Counted from the stretch's first letter, positions 48,159-58,643 are shown. The stretch is 64,000 bases of DNA from Candidatus Hodarchaeota archaeon (GCA_048886685.1 JBHLKM010000005.1:42958-106957); one strand, 5' to 3'. Numbers and translations are program-made. The notes: a model not told the origin generated them from the sequence alone.

Positions 48159-49829
48159 CTACTTGATTATAACTCCTTCAAGAGGAGCCAATTTGAAATA
48201 ATCACCAAGGTCATCTAAATCTAACTTTCTGTTAGATTTTGTCGAAAAAAGCAATTCTAAGCTTATTTCTGGAGTTTTTACTATTATCTTTTTTCCTGAA
48301 AAATTTAAGTAGATATACAGTTCTTGTTCTTCATGAATCCGTTTAAAAGCGATACATTTATTATTTAATTTTCCAAGGTTAATAATTTCAAACAATCCCT
48401 CCTGTAAAGAAATGTTTTCCCCTCTAACCTTTAATAATTGTCTATAGCAATTTAATAAAGAATTTGGATTTTTTTCTTCATTAGAAACATTTATTTGTTT
48501 ATAATTATCGGAAATCCTTAACCAAGTCTTAGCTTCGGGATTAGGTGTAAATCCAGCATGAAATGCGGCATTCCATTGCATTGGAGTCCTGCATCTATCT
48601 CTTGTTAAAGAAAACCCGAGAACTTTGGAAATTAATAGGAAAGGAAACTTCGAAAATTTGCGCCCAATCGGGTCTTCACTTGTTTTAAGCATAAATTTAA
48701 CGTTTGACATTCCAATTTCCTCCCCATAATATATGTAAGGAACACCTCTTAATGTTAATTGAAGAGTAGCAAGAATTTTTGTTTTCTGGACACTATTATC
48801 TAAGAGGGATATGTATCTATCTCTATCATGGTTTCCATAAACATAAGTAGGTGTATAAGGTGATGGTAAAATTTGCTCAATTTTAGAAATAACACGTGCG
48901 ATTTTTTTGGGTTTAAATGACAATGCCTTAGAAGTAAATTCAAATAAAAAACTCATATGTAAACCATTATTCTCTGGTCCATAATATTTTTTTAAATTTT
49001 TCAGAGATGTACAGACTTCTCCTACTAAGAATCTCTCAGATTCGTATTCATCCATTAATTTTCTTAATTCTAATACAAAATTAAATGTCTCAGGAAGGTT
49101 TGCATCGTATCTGTGATGTTGAAAAAATGAAGCTGTTTTTTTATCCGATAATGTTAATGACCAAGAAAAAGGATTATTTTTTAATCCTAAATCTTCAAAA
49201 ATTGTATGCAATATGTCTAATCTGAATCCATCAACTCCTTTATCCAACCAAAATCGCATTATGTTAAACATTGCTTCTTTCACTTCTGGATTTCGATAGT
49301 TTAAATCAGGTTGAAAAGGTAAAAAATGGAAATAATACCATTGTCCTGTATTTTCATAGTATCTCCATGCTGAACCTCCAGGAATTGCTTTCCAGTTGTT
49401 AGGTGGTTTCTTTCCTTCTGGTTTTTTCCCATCTCTCCAGATATACCAATCTCTCTTTGGATTGTCCTTGCTCGATGCAGATTCTCTGAACCATGGATGC
49501 TCAATTGAAGTATGATTAAGGACGAGATCTAATACTAATTTCATATGTTTATCATGTATTTCATTTAACAATTTTTCAAAACTACTCATTGTTCCGTAAA
49601 CAGGATCAATCTCACGAAAATTCACAATATCATATCCATGATCTTGCTGCGGAGATTTAAAAAATGGGCTAATCCATATAGTCTCTATTCCTAAATTCTT
49701 TAAATAATCTAACTTTTCAATAATACCTTGAATATCTCCGATTCCATTGCCAGTACTATCTTTAAATGAGCGTGGATAAATTTGATATACCACTGTCTTT
49801 TGCCACCATTTATATTTACCAACATTCAT
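48159..49829 (-). CDS. GH13 alpha-glucosidase / oligo-1,6-glucosidase
   Basis: WWQKTVVYQIYPRSF.DS.G.GIGD, DLVLNHTS, QPDLN, GVDGFRLD, GE, GNHD, RD.CRTPMQW. Confidence 0.95.
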   Translation of the reverse strand: MNVGKYKWWQKTVVYQIYPRSFKDSTGNGIGDIQGIIEKLDYLKNLGIETIWISPFFKSPQQDHGYDIVNFREIDPVYGTMSSFEKLLNEIHDKHMKLVLDLVLNHTSIEHPWFRESASSKDNPKRDWYIWRDGKKPEGKKPPNNWKAIPGGSAWRYYENTGQWYYFHFLPFQPDLNYRNPEVKEAMFNIMRFWLDKGVDGFRLDILHTIFEDLGLKNNPFSWSLTLSDKKTASFFQHHRYDANLPETFNFVLELRKLMDEYESERFLVGEVCTSLKNLKKYYGPENNGLHMSFLFEFTSKALSFKPKKIARVISKIEQILPSPYTPTYVYGNHDRDRYISLLDNSVQKTKILATLQLTLRGVPYIYYGEEIGMSNVKFMLKTSEDPIGRKFSKFPFLLISKVLGFSLTRDRCRTPMQWNAAFHAGFTPNPEAKTWLRISDNYKQINVSNEEKNPNSLLNCYRQLLKVRGENISLQEGLFEIINLGKLNNKCIAFKRIHEEQELYIYLNFSGKKIIVKTPEISLELLFSTKSNRKLDLDDLGDYFKLAPLEGVIIK

Positions 49830-49969
49830 AAATTATTCAATTCATTATTTCCTAAATTCTTTTTTAATTCTAGTTCGACTATATCAAACGACAAAAAAGA
49901 ATGATAAAATATCTATCTATTTAAATACAAGTTTAATTATAATAATATTAGAGACAAAATAGTAAAGTT

Positions 49970-51505
49970 ATGGCTGATACAACTAAAAAGAACAATATCA
50001 GTAATAAATTATCTATTCGGAAGTTAAAAGAATCCGAGGAAAATTACAGGCTTATTTTTGATAATGCAAACGACTTAATCGCCGTCTTTAATGATAAATT
50101 TGAATGTGAATTTATCAATGAAAAAGTTTTGAAAAAAATTTTAGGATATACTTTTGAAGATATTAAGGGAGATAAAGCATTTAAGTTGATACATCCCGAT
50201 CATATCGAGGAAGCTAAAAATATCTTTACTAAGACCTTTGTAGAAGGCAAAGGTTTTGGAGAAACAAGAATTCGATGTAAGGATGGTATTTATAAATGGT
50301 TACAGTGTAAGGGAAGAATTTTTGTGAAAAATGGAGAAAAGAGACTCATTCTTATTTCTAGGGATATAACTGATATAAAAGAAACTGAAAAAAAATTGTA
50401 TGAAGCTGAAGCAAAATACAAACTGATTTTAGAAAACGTTAATGATTTAATTACCATAATCAATGAAAACTTTCAGCACGAGTATTTTAATGAAAAGACT
50501 TACAAAAAATTATTAGGTTATTCAAAAGAAGAGATAATTGGGAGAACTCCAATGACTCCATTGCATCCAGAAGATCAAGAAAGAGCAATAAAAAGTTTGA
50601 TGAATGGTTTTAAGTATGGTGAAGGAAAAAATGAAATGAGAGTTAAGCATAAAGATGGTCATTATCTCTGGTTGGAAAATAAAGGCAAAACGTTTAGAGA
50701 TACTGATGGGAAAAAGAAAGCAGTAATTATTTCAAGAGATATTAGTGAACATAAGAAAATCCAAAAAGAATTAATTGATCAAAAAATCGAATTAGAAAAA
50801 TTAAACGAACTTAAATCTGAATTTTTAAGAAGAACTACTCATGAATTAAAAATTCCTCTAACAGCAATTAAAGGATATGCAGATCTTTTATTAAAAGTAA
50901 AAAGTAATCAGTTAAGTGCTGAAATAATTTCTAATTTAGAAAATATTCATAAAGGGTGTATGCGTCTTGAACATATCATTAAAAACATCATAGAAAGCTC
51001 AAAATTAAAAACAAGTACAATAATGCTAAGAACCTCGAGAGAAAACTTGTATAAGTTTATTAAATCCTGTGTAGAAGAATTAAGAGAATTATCTGAAGCT
51101 AAAAACCATATAATCAAGTTAAATATACCAGAAAACCTTATTATTCCTTTTGATAAAGAACAGATCCATGAAGTAATTATCAATCTAGTGGGTAATGCAA
51201 TAAAATACACTCCGCCACACGGATCTATAACTATAAAAGCAAACCTTAAAAATGAATCTGTTATTGTATCTATAGCAGATAATGGTATTGGTTTTACAAA
51301 AGAAGAGAAAAAGCAAATTTTTAAACAGTTTGGAAAAATTAACCACTCCGACTTAAACCTCGATTTAGGAATTGAAGGATCAGGTTTAGGATTATTTATC
51401 TCAAAACAGATTATAGAATTACATGATGGGGAGATTTGGGTCGAATCAGAAGGCAGAAATAAAGGATCGACTTTTTATTTCTCATTACCTAGAAAAAGAA
51501 AGTAA
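49970..51505 (+). CDS. Cytoplasmic PAS-PAS sensor histidine kinase
   Basis: Two PAS/PAC domains (HPDH, HPED; SRDIT/S), H-box THELKIPL, N-box NLVGNAIKY, DNGIG, GSGLGL. Confidence 0.93.
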   Translation: MADTTKKNNISNKLSIRKLKESEENYRLIFDNANDLIAVFNDKFECEFINEKVLKKILGYTFEDIKGDKAFKLIHPDHIEEAKNIFTKTFVEGKGFGETRIRCKDGIYKWLQCKGRIFVKNGEKRLILISRDITDIKETEKKLYEAEAKYKLILENVNDLITIINENFQHEYFNEKTYKKLLGYSKEEIIGRTPMTPLHPEDQERAIKSLMNGFKYGEGKNEMRVKHKDGHYLWLENKGKTFRDTDGKKKAVIISRDISEHKKIQKELIDQKIELEKLNELKSEFLRRTTHELKIPLTAIKGYADLLLKVKSNQLSAEIISNLENIHKGCMRLEHIIKNIIESSKLKTSTIMLRTSRENLYKFIKSCVEELRELSEAKNHIIKLNIPENLIIPFDKEQIHEVIINLVGNAIKYTPPHGSITIKANLKNESVIVSIADNGIGFTKEEKKQIFKQFGKINHSDLNLDLGIEGSGLGLFISKQIIELHDGEIWVESEGRNKGSTFYFSLPRKRK

Positions 51506-51534
51506 GCTGTCTTTAAGAAAATATATTCTATAAA

Positions 51535-51876
51535 CTAATTTGCGATTTTTATGTGATTATTAGGTGTTAATATTAGGTAATGATCCCCAAGACGCCCCAT
51601 TGAACCACCATTTTCCCTTAAAAAAGCCTTTAGTTCTTCTATACTTCTCTTAAGCTCAGAGACTTCTACATTTTCTAAAATTTCTTTTGCATTGATTAGT
51701 AATATTTTGCGACCAAGTAATTGTTTCTTTATATCTTCCACTTGGTTAAGATTGGAGAAATCATATTTCCGAATCACAAAGTTATAAAGAAGTGAGGAAT
51801 ACTCTTTAGAAAAACCCATGGTTTCTTGAGGTGAACCTAAAAGCTCATCATCCTTACGGTTACGAAACTTACCCAT
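51535..51876 (-). CDS. sepF: SepF-like cell division protein
   Basis: DIKKQLLGRKILLIN...ELKRSIEELK...GGSMGRLGDHYLILTP (archaeal SepF/DUF552 pattern). Confidence 0.75.
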   Translation of the reverse strand: MGKFRNRKDDELLGSPQETMGFSKEYSSLLYNFVIRKYDFSNLNQVEDIKKQLLGRKILLINAKEILENVEVSELKRSIEELKAFLRENGGSMGRLGDHYLILTPNNHIKIAN

Positions 51877-52193
51877 ATATTAAAATCAACCTCTTTTTAA
51901 AATTAAAAATCAAATAACACTATTTTCACTTATATAAAGACTCTAAATGGTTTTAAATAGAAGAAATATTGTGATATATATTCACATGTTTTGTAGATAT
52001 TATTCAAAGAATATGGAAAACAAGTTTACTAGACTAGAAATTAAAATTATGTTTGAACTAGTTCTTAAGTTAAATTCTCACAATATATTGGTTAATAACT
52101 TATGAATCTAATAGAGCTTTATAGACGTAAACAAACCTTATATAACTCTAAAAAATCATAAATTTAAATTATTTAAAAAACAATGTTTAAAAT

Positions 52194-52730
52194 ATGGATC
52201 TAATGAAGAACGATTTTATAGAATTCATAAAAGGAAGAAAAAGCGTAAGGAGCTTTATATATAAAAAGATTAGCAAGGAGACTATACTTGAAATTATTGA
52301 AGCTGGCCGTTGGGCTCCTTCTGGAAATAATAGTCAGCCCTGGCGAGTTTGTATCGTTATCCATCCTACTGTGAAGAGAATGCTCTCTGAACTCACTAAA
52401 TATGGAGGAATTATTGAGGACGCTTATGTAAATCTTGTAATATTCTTGGATTTAGAAAGAGGTTATGATAGAACAAAAGATATACAAGCAATTGGAGCTT
52501 TTATACAAAATATCCTTTTAGGTGTTCATGCTCAAGAAGATCTTGGTGCGGTGTGGATAGGTGAAATTTTGAATCGAAAAGAAGAGGTCAATCAAATTTT
52601 TAAATTTCCCGTAGAAAAGTTTGAATTAATGGGGCTTGTAGCAATAGGTATGATCGATGATGCACGAGAAAAAGCACGAAAGGAATCAAGAGAACGACGC
52701 CCAGTAGATGAGTTTGTTGATTGGTATTAG
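52194..52730 (+). CDS. Nitroreductase-family protein
   Basis: RKSVRSF, AGRWAPSGNNSQPW, QNILL..H...LGAVWIG. Confidence 0.92.
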   Translation: MDLMKNDFIEFIKGRKSVRSFIYKKISKETILEIIEAGRWAPSGNNSQPWRVCIVIHPTVKRMLSELTKYGGIIEDAYVNLVIFLDLERGYDRTKDIQAIGAFIQNILLGVHAQEDLGAVWIGEILNRKEEVNQIFKFPVEKFELMGLVAIGMIDDAREKARKESRERRPVDEFVDWY

Positions 52731-52761
52731 GGATTTCAATTTAAATATTAACACTTTTTTA

Positions 52762-54081
52762 TTAACTTTTCTTATCTTCAAGTGTTTCAACCACTTGCGG
52801 GTTTAAAATCCATATCCCAAAGACGAAAAATGGAATTAAAGCCCATTCAACTAATATTGAAATGATAAATGGTGAAGTTTTACTTATTTGATAAACCAAA
52901 CCTCCTAAAATTGGACCAATTATCATACCTATAGAATCAAAAGATGTAATTAAACCGAAGATTTTTCCCCTATGTTTCACTGAAACACGGCTAAGGAAGT
53001 TTATAAAAACAAAACCCGCTGTAAGCATAATTGTATTATCGATTACGAGCAAAAGAGAAAAAACCCATATATTTCTCGTAAAAAAAACAATAATCCACGT
53101 TACGATACCTCCTATAATGCTCGTTATCGACAATGTAAGATAAGGATTAATTTTATCAGCAATAGTACCCAATTTAGGGGCAATTAAAGTTCCTACTACT
53201 GTTGCTGGAAGATAAAACCAACTAATTAGAGGTGCGGGTTCATTTAAATTGGTGAAAACAATTGGTAATATAAAGGGTCTATAGATACCGACATTAATTG
53301 CTCCTAGAATAAGAGCTAAGAACAATAAAACTATGCCTAGGATGTAAAAAAGTGATGAACCTTCGGATTGAATATTAACATTGATTTCTGGTTCAGCAAA
53401 ATTCTCAATTTCATTACTTGATCTATCTGGATATTGAAATTTCTTATCCTCATCAACATTTAGGAAAAATCTAATTCCTGCATAAAAATTTGCTATCCCA
53501 AATATAGGGATAGCACTAAAGATAAGAAAGAAATTATCAGGAGCAAAATAACTAGCTAAACCAAAAATCGAAAAGCCAACTATTGTCCCTATTACTTGAC
53601 CAATGCCTAACGCAAATCTTCTGCGTCCAAAGGCAGAAGAACGGTGGTGTTTAGAGGATTTTTCGGAGATGAGAGTGTCTAAGGGAACCCAAAAAAGCAT
53701 CGCTCCAAGACCCAGTAGAAATGAACTTAAATAGATTCCTGGCAGAGATTCCAGAATAATAGAAGTATAAAGTCCAAAGTATGATGAACCACGGCCGAAT
53801 GATCCAATCATAACTAACTTCTGTTTTGAGACGCGATCTGTTAAATATCCTATAAATAAAGAACTAATCAACCCACCAAAAGTTAAAAATGCAGGAAAAA
53901 GACCAATTGCCAAACCAGGGCCTTCCCAAACCTGACTTATCATATATATCATAATGAAATCTACAAAAAAGAATCCAAGTGAATTCCAGATAACGATGAA
54001 AATGACAGAATCGAAATCTGAAGTAAATTTATGACTTTGGGGTACAGATTGCTTTTTATGTTTTTTCAAGGGAGATTGCAT
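52762..54081 (-). CDS. MFS transporter
   Basis: About 12 TMs; GYLTDRVSK and GTIADKI motif-A-like loops; HRGKIFG, GPILGG. Confidence 0.88.
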   Translation of the reverse strand: MQSPLKKHKKQSVPQSHKFTSDFDSVIFIVIWNSLGFFFVDFIMIYMISQVWEGPGLAIGLFPAFLTFGGLISSLFIGYLTDRVSKQKLVMIGSFGRGSSYFGLYTSIILESLPGIYLSSFLLGLGAMLFWVPLDTLISEKSSKHHRSSAFGRRRFALGIGQVIGTIVGFSIFGLASYFAPDNFFLIFSAIPIFGIANFYAGIRFFLNVDEDKKFQYPDRSSNEIENFAEPEINVNIQSEGSSLFYILGIVLLFLALILGAINVGIYRPFILPIVFTNLNEPAPLISWFYLPATVVGTLIAPKLGTIADKINPYLTLSITSIIGGIVTWIIVFFTRNIWVFSLLLVIDNTIMLTAGFVFINFLSRVSVKHRGKIFGLITSFDSIGMIIGPILGGLVYQISKTSPFIISILVEWALIPFFVFGIWILNPQVVETLEDKKS

Positions 54082-54193
54082 GATAACTAATGAATAAATG
54101 GGGTAAACAAAAAAAATTTTTTGTTAGTCTGTGATTTAACTTTTTGTCTATTAGAGTTAGATATTTGGATTATTTATATCTTTCTGATATTTT

Positions 54194-54841
54194 CTATAAC
54201 CAAAAGTGGAAAATCTCTGAAAAAATTGGTCCTATCCAGTAATAGAATTTGATCCAATATATGTAAGTAACTCCTAGATACAGTAAAGAATACAAAATAC
54301 CAAAAATAAAGCCAAAAATTACATCAATTGGAAAATGCACTCCTAAAATAAGTCTTGAAATACCAATAACTATGTCCAAAATGATAAAAATAGTTAAAGT
54401 AATCCAACTTTGAAAATGAAAGGCAAAAATGATTCCAAAAAGGAGAAAGAAAGCAACGTGTCCGCTTGGGAAGGACTGTTTTTCTGAATCTCGCATAAGG
54501 TACGGAATTTTTAGAAAATCATCATGTTTCTTTACCCCATCTTTCTTCAACTTGATATATGGTCGATTTCTCCGAATTATCTTATATCTAATCAAACTAT
54601 GAATAATAATAGATTGTTCAAATCCACTTGTAAATAAGACCAAAAGGTAATAATCTTTTGTTATATAACCATAAATAAACCAGATTAACCATATTAATCC
54701 CCAAAAGTATAGAGACCCAAGAAAACTAATCACTATTGAAAATTTCTTTGCCCTCTTACTAAAATCACTTTGATAGATATTTAGGAATGCTCTATGATCC
54801 CATTCTTCAATTTTTTCAAGATATTCTGACAATAACGACAT
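54194..54841 (-). CDS. PAP2-family membrane phosphatase
   Basis: R.RP, SFPSGH, SRLILGVHFPIDV. Confidence 0.92.
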   Translation of the reverse strand: MSLLSEYLEKIEEWDHRAFLNIYQSDFSKRAKKFSIVISFLGSLYFWGLIWLIWFIYGYITKDYYLLVLFTSGFEQSIIIHSLIRYKIIRRNRPYIKLKKDGVKKHDDFLKIPYLMRDSEKQSFPSGHVAFFLLFGIIFAFHFQSWITLTIFIILDIVIGISRLILGVHFPIDVIFGFIFGILYSLLYLGVTYIYWIKFYYWIGPIFSEIFHFWL

Positions 54842-55083
54842 GAAGTTAACAATATGTGGATTTGAGTTAATGCGTTAAAATAGGTATTTATAGTTTTTCC
54901 TACTTATAATCATCTTGATTGATTCTATTGATAAGAATATAATTAGTATTAAGATTAAGGAATTGGTGAATTCAAGCCATTTCACAGCTATGTAGATACA
55001 ACAAATATTATTAAATAATATTAAATATTATTAAATTAAAAACTACGTTTCATTTTCTGAATATACGTCCTTATATATTCATC

Positions 55084-55599
55084 GTGATAATTATGAGTGA
55101 AAATTCAGGATTTTCAGAAGAAAGTTTAAGAAAAATAGCAGCACAGAAAGTTAGTTTTAGGTTCTCTGTAAAGATTCATTTAGCTATTTTTATTGTTGTA
55201 AATGTATTACTCTTTATAGTTAATTTCATATATACACCAAAACTTTATTGGGTTGCATTTCCCTTTTTTTCATGGTTAATAGGAGTAAATATGCATACAT
55301 TATCTTATATTTTATATGCACGAGGAGTTTATCCAATGGCTAAACGTGGAATGATTTATCATTTAGATTCTTATATCTTTGTAATGCTTTTTTTGTTTAT
55401 CATTAATTTAATAACACTTTCAGGGATTTATTGGGTAATTTTGCCAGCACTTTTTTGGGGTACAGGGGTTGTTGTACATATAGTAATTTACTTTTTATAT
55501 TATAGTGGTAAGAATAAAAAATATGGCAAATTTGAATCAAGGAAGGAGCGAGCAATCGAAAAAGAAATGAATAAAATGAGAAAAAAACAGAATAAGTAA
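55084..55599 (+). CDS. Tandem '2TM'-domain membrane protein
   Basis: Two repeats of HL..(F/Y)I.V..(L/F)LFI.N....(L/I)YWV..P...W..G...H; C-terminal ERAIEKEM.K. Confidence 0.8.
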   Translation: MIIMSENSGFSEESLRKIAAQKVSFRFSVKIHLAIFIVVNVLLFIVNFIYTPKLYWVAFPFFSWLIGVNMHTLSYILYARGVYPMAKRGMIYHLDSYIFVMLFLFIINLITLSGIYWVILPALFWGTGVVVHIVIYFLYYSGKNKKYGKFESRKERAIEKEMNKMRKKQNK

Positions 55600-55621
55600 A
55601 AATTTAAAAGGTATCAAATTA

Positions 55622-56248
55622 ATGTGGTTAGGAAAATTCTTAGATCTTGAAGATGATATAAATGAACTAAGATCTAAGATTAAAAGAGAACTATTAAGTA
55701 GTCTTCAAAAGAATAAATTAACACCTCTTGAGTTTACTATTATAGAAAGCATTTTTAATAGTAAACAGCTTTCTGGATATGATTTAATAAAAAATTTGAA
55801 TAGGCATTTTGCTGGAACTTGGGAAGCTCATTCTGGTACGATTTATCCAATATTATCAAAACTAGAGAAAGATGGTTTTTTAAGTGCCAAAAAAGTTAAA
55901 AGTCCAATAGGCCCACTGAGAAAAGTATATTCCTTAACTGAAGCTGGCGAGGAGATATTAAAATATAAGGTAAATAAAAATTATCTTGATGAAATTAAAT
56001 TTATTGAAAATTTCTTGGTAGAACTCTCTTCAATTTATATACATTCTTTTCCTGAAGAAGAAAGGGAGAAAAGAATTGAAGAAATACGAGAAATCTTGCA
56101 ATTAATCCTAAAAAATGTTATGAATAACATTCCGCCAACTCTCGAATTTAAAACAATGTGTAATCAATGTGGATCTGAAATTGGACGAGAAGTAGCATAT
56201 TGTCCTAATTGTGGAGCATCTTTATTCGACAGTATAACAAATAGATAA
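55622..56248 (+). CDS. PadR-family transcriptional regulator with C-terminal zinc ribbon
   Basis: SGYDLIK, W.A.SGTIYPILSKLE, RKVYSLTEAG; CNQCG...YCPNCG. Confidence 0.9.
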   Translation: MWLGKFLDLEDDINELRSKIKRELLSSLQKNKLTPLEFTIIESIFNSKQLSGYDLIKNLNRHFAGTWEAHSGTIYPILSKLEKDGFLSAKKVKSPIGPLRKVYSLTEAGEEILKYKVNKNYLDEIKFIENFLVELSSIYIHSFPEEEREKRIEEIREILQLILKNVMNNIPPTLEFKTMCNQCGSEIGREVAYCPNCGASLFDSITNR

Positions 56249-56288
56249 GAACTTAGAAAAAAAATAAGTGAAATTTTTTTAAAGCATT

Positions 56289-57548
56289 TTATTCAATTTC
56301 AATGTTAAATTTTTTGAAAATTTTTTCGAGCTCATCACTGGCTAAATGCTTCAAAATATCTTCTAAAGGAGCTAAAACTTCATCCTGCTTTGTTTTTCTA
56401 TTTTGGCTAATTCTTCCTTCTTTTACTTCAAAACTCGATTGTGCCCAGCTATGCTCATCATTAAAAGTGAACCAAATTTCTTTATATGCTCCTTCTTGCC
56501 CTCCATCCCTTGCTAATGGTTTCTTATCGACAGGTACTTCAGGATCTTGTAAATAACACCAATCTAATATTATCCATTCGAGTTTCCTTGAAGATTCAGG
56601 TCTATCTGCTAAATAAATACAATAAGCATGACCACCTTCCTCAGATGAGGGAAATAATGGATTAGTCATGACCTGAGCTGCTACCACTTTTACTCTCCAT
56701 GATGGAATTCCCGCATTGATCAATAAACCAGCAATTAAAATAGCACCATCTTCACAATCTCCAATTTCTGATTGGATTGACTCAAAAGGAAATTGCCAAA
56801 ACTCAGGACATTCTACCGATTCGTCATCTCCGATATATTTAAGGAAATCACACACAAACTTCTGAATTACCCATGCCGTTTCGTTAGCAGTTTCTCGTCT
56901 TAGTCCTACTTGACTTATAACATGCCAAAGAATTGCATCATTATCTTTTATAAAAGATTTCACATCAGCATCAATTTGCTTTTTATATGATTCACCCCTT
57001 AAGGCTCTAGCAGTATAAATAATTGGAGCTTTTTCCCATTTATTATTCCAGTATTCAGGACCATATTTCCCATAATCACCTTCAAATGGTGTAATTTCAA
57101 TTAATTCTGGATGTGTAATGATTTCTTCTTCCCTCTTTTCTCTTTTTTTTGGGACTCCTGAAAGAGATTTAGCATTGTTTATCCATTTTTTTACTTCACT
57201 CTCTGTTGGAACCTTTGTAAGAATTTTTGGATTTTCTTTTTTCAAATCCCTCAATTTAGTTATTATACTTTTTGGATTTCTATGTGCAAATTCTTTTACA
57301 GAATCAATTCCAATTAAATTTAGAGCATTCGCGATCTTTGGATCAACCCCATCAATTCTCATTAAATCTGCATGCTCTTGCCATGTATCAAGAAGTTCGG
57401 CGGATACGCCAATTTTTTTTGCCAATTTCTTTATTTGACTTATTGTAAGAGGTAATAAATCTTCAACATTCCCAAATCCTTCTTTTTCTAAAAGGGTGGC
57501 ATGTTTCTCATCAATTCCTATAATTTCTATAATTTTCATGATTAACAC
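56289..57548 (-). CDS. DUF4332-like (HhH) N-terminal domain fused to a transglutaminase-like cysteine protease domain
   Basis: ADLMRIDGV, GIDSVKE.A.RNP, P...EVKKWI..AK; triad GDCED / GHAY / ILDW. Confidence 0.8.
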   Translation of the reverse strand: MLIMKIIEIIGIDEKHATLLEKEGFGNVEDLLPLTISQIKKLAKKIGVSAELLDTWQEHADLMRIDGVDPKIANALNLIGIDSVKEFAHRNPKSIITKLRDLKKENPKILTKVPTESEVKKWINNAKSLSGVPKKREKREEEIITHPELIEITPFEGDYGKYGPEYWNNKWEKAPIIYTARALRGESYKKQIDADVKSFIKDNDAILWHVISQVGLRRETANETAWVIQKFVCDFLKYIGDDESVECPEFWQFPFESIQSEIGDCEDGAILIAGLLINAGIPSWRVKVVAAQVMTNPLFPSSEEGGHAYCIYLADRPESSRKLEWIILDWCYLQDPEVPVDKKPLARDGGQEGAYKEIWFTFNDEHSWAQSSFEVKEGRISQNRKTKQDEVLAPLEDILKHLASDELEKIFKKFNIEIE

Positions 57549-57755
57549 TCTATATTTTTAATCTAATGAAAATAAATCAGCATAACTATAAAAAGTAGAC
57601 ATTAAAATTCTATAAAAAAAATTGTGATTAAAAATGAATAATAAATTTGAAAAGTGTGAAAGCAACTTTACCTTCCACTCTGATTTCTTATGTATATTGA
57701 AATTTGAATTTAATCATATTCGAATAAGAATATATTTAAAAAAGGGAAATAAGTG

Positions 57756-57933
57756 TGGAGGGGGTGAGAATTTCTACTGCCTTCGAGGAGACAAGCAATA
57801 TTCGAACTCACGAATTAAGGCTCTTTATGGTAACCTTAAAGAGTGGCCTTTGCCACTGGATCTTAAGTCCAGCACCTATAGTCTTGACCCATTTTGGTGT
57901 AAAATGGCTTTGACCAAACTCGGTAACCCCTCC
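57756..57933 (-). tRNA. trnL: tRNA-Leu(UAA) with three introns (57878..57909, 57815..57844, 57770..57800); CCA not encoded
   Basis: Spliced 85 nt: GGAGGGG TT ACCGAGTTTGGTCAA|AGGT G CTGGA CTTAAGA TCCAG TGGCAAAGGCC|TTC GTGAG TTCGAA|T CTCAC CCCCTCC A; all stems pair and each intron has a BHB/BHL motif. Confidence 0.93.
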
Positions 57934-58167
57934 GATGCGAAGAAACAACTTATTTTCTTTAGTGGGTAACAATAATTCAAAGTTATAATTTTAATTTAAA
58001 TTTTACTTAACCTTACAATATTAATGGTTAGATAAGGTTTAAAGAAAAAATAAAAAGAAATAAATAAATGTAATTTATTAAAATAATATTATATTTAGAA
58101 TTTATCAACTTGTACTTATAGATTTATATTATTATCTTAAAATAGTTAAAATATTTGGTTAAATATC

Positions 58168-58545
58168 ATGCCTGTAGGTATTCTTGTAATTAGGTGGGAT
58201 AACGAGATAGGGCCTATCAATGAAGGCTTCTACCCAGAGACATTGAAGATTACGAATAATCTGCTCACCCAAGTCTACAGTTCTCACCGCTACCAATCGC
58301 TCAAGCCGGGTTTCGCCTCTATCGCCCTTAAGAATAATAAAGTAGTGTCATTTTTCTCTGGAGTAGGGCAGGATTTTATCTCTGTTGAGAATTATGTAGT
58401 AGCTCTTATACTTCGACGAGATGAAAAACCAGGAAAATATCGAGATGTATTAAAAACAATAGCCGCCGAAATACTTGAAAAAATCCCTGATGATTCATTT
58501 CGGGAGGTTTTACCTGGACTTTATGACCAATTAGCCAAGGTATAA
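58168..58545 (+). CDS. Stand-alone longin/uDENN-like protein
   Basis: ILVIRWDNEIGP....YP resembles the N-terminal motif of uDENN/NPR2-type longins. Confidence 0.65.
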   Translation: MPVGILVIRWDNEIGPINEGFYPETLKITNNLLTQVYSSHRYQSLKPGFASIALKNNKVVSFFSGVGQDFISVENYVVALILRRDEKPGKYRDVLKTIAAEILEKIPDDSFREVLPGLYDQLAKV

Positions 58546-58643
58546 AGATCTTTTATTATTTTATTATCCTTTTTTTAAATTAAAATTTGAAATTTACAGG
58601 TTTAAAACTTAAAATAACGTAAAATAAATTAAGATAACTTAAA

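Noticed and set aside
55003-55036. 10-bp AT-only tandem/inverted repeat upstream of the 2TM-PadR operon
   Set aside because: Too low in complexity for such an AT-rich genome to call an operator
57634-57969. 111-aa + strand ORF
   Set aside because: It is antisense to the intron-containing tRNA-Leu and has no protein motif; spurious
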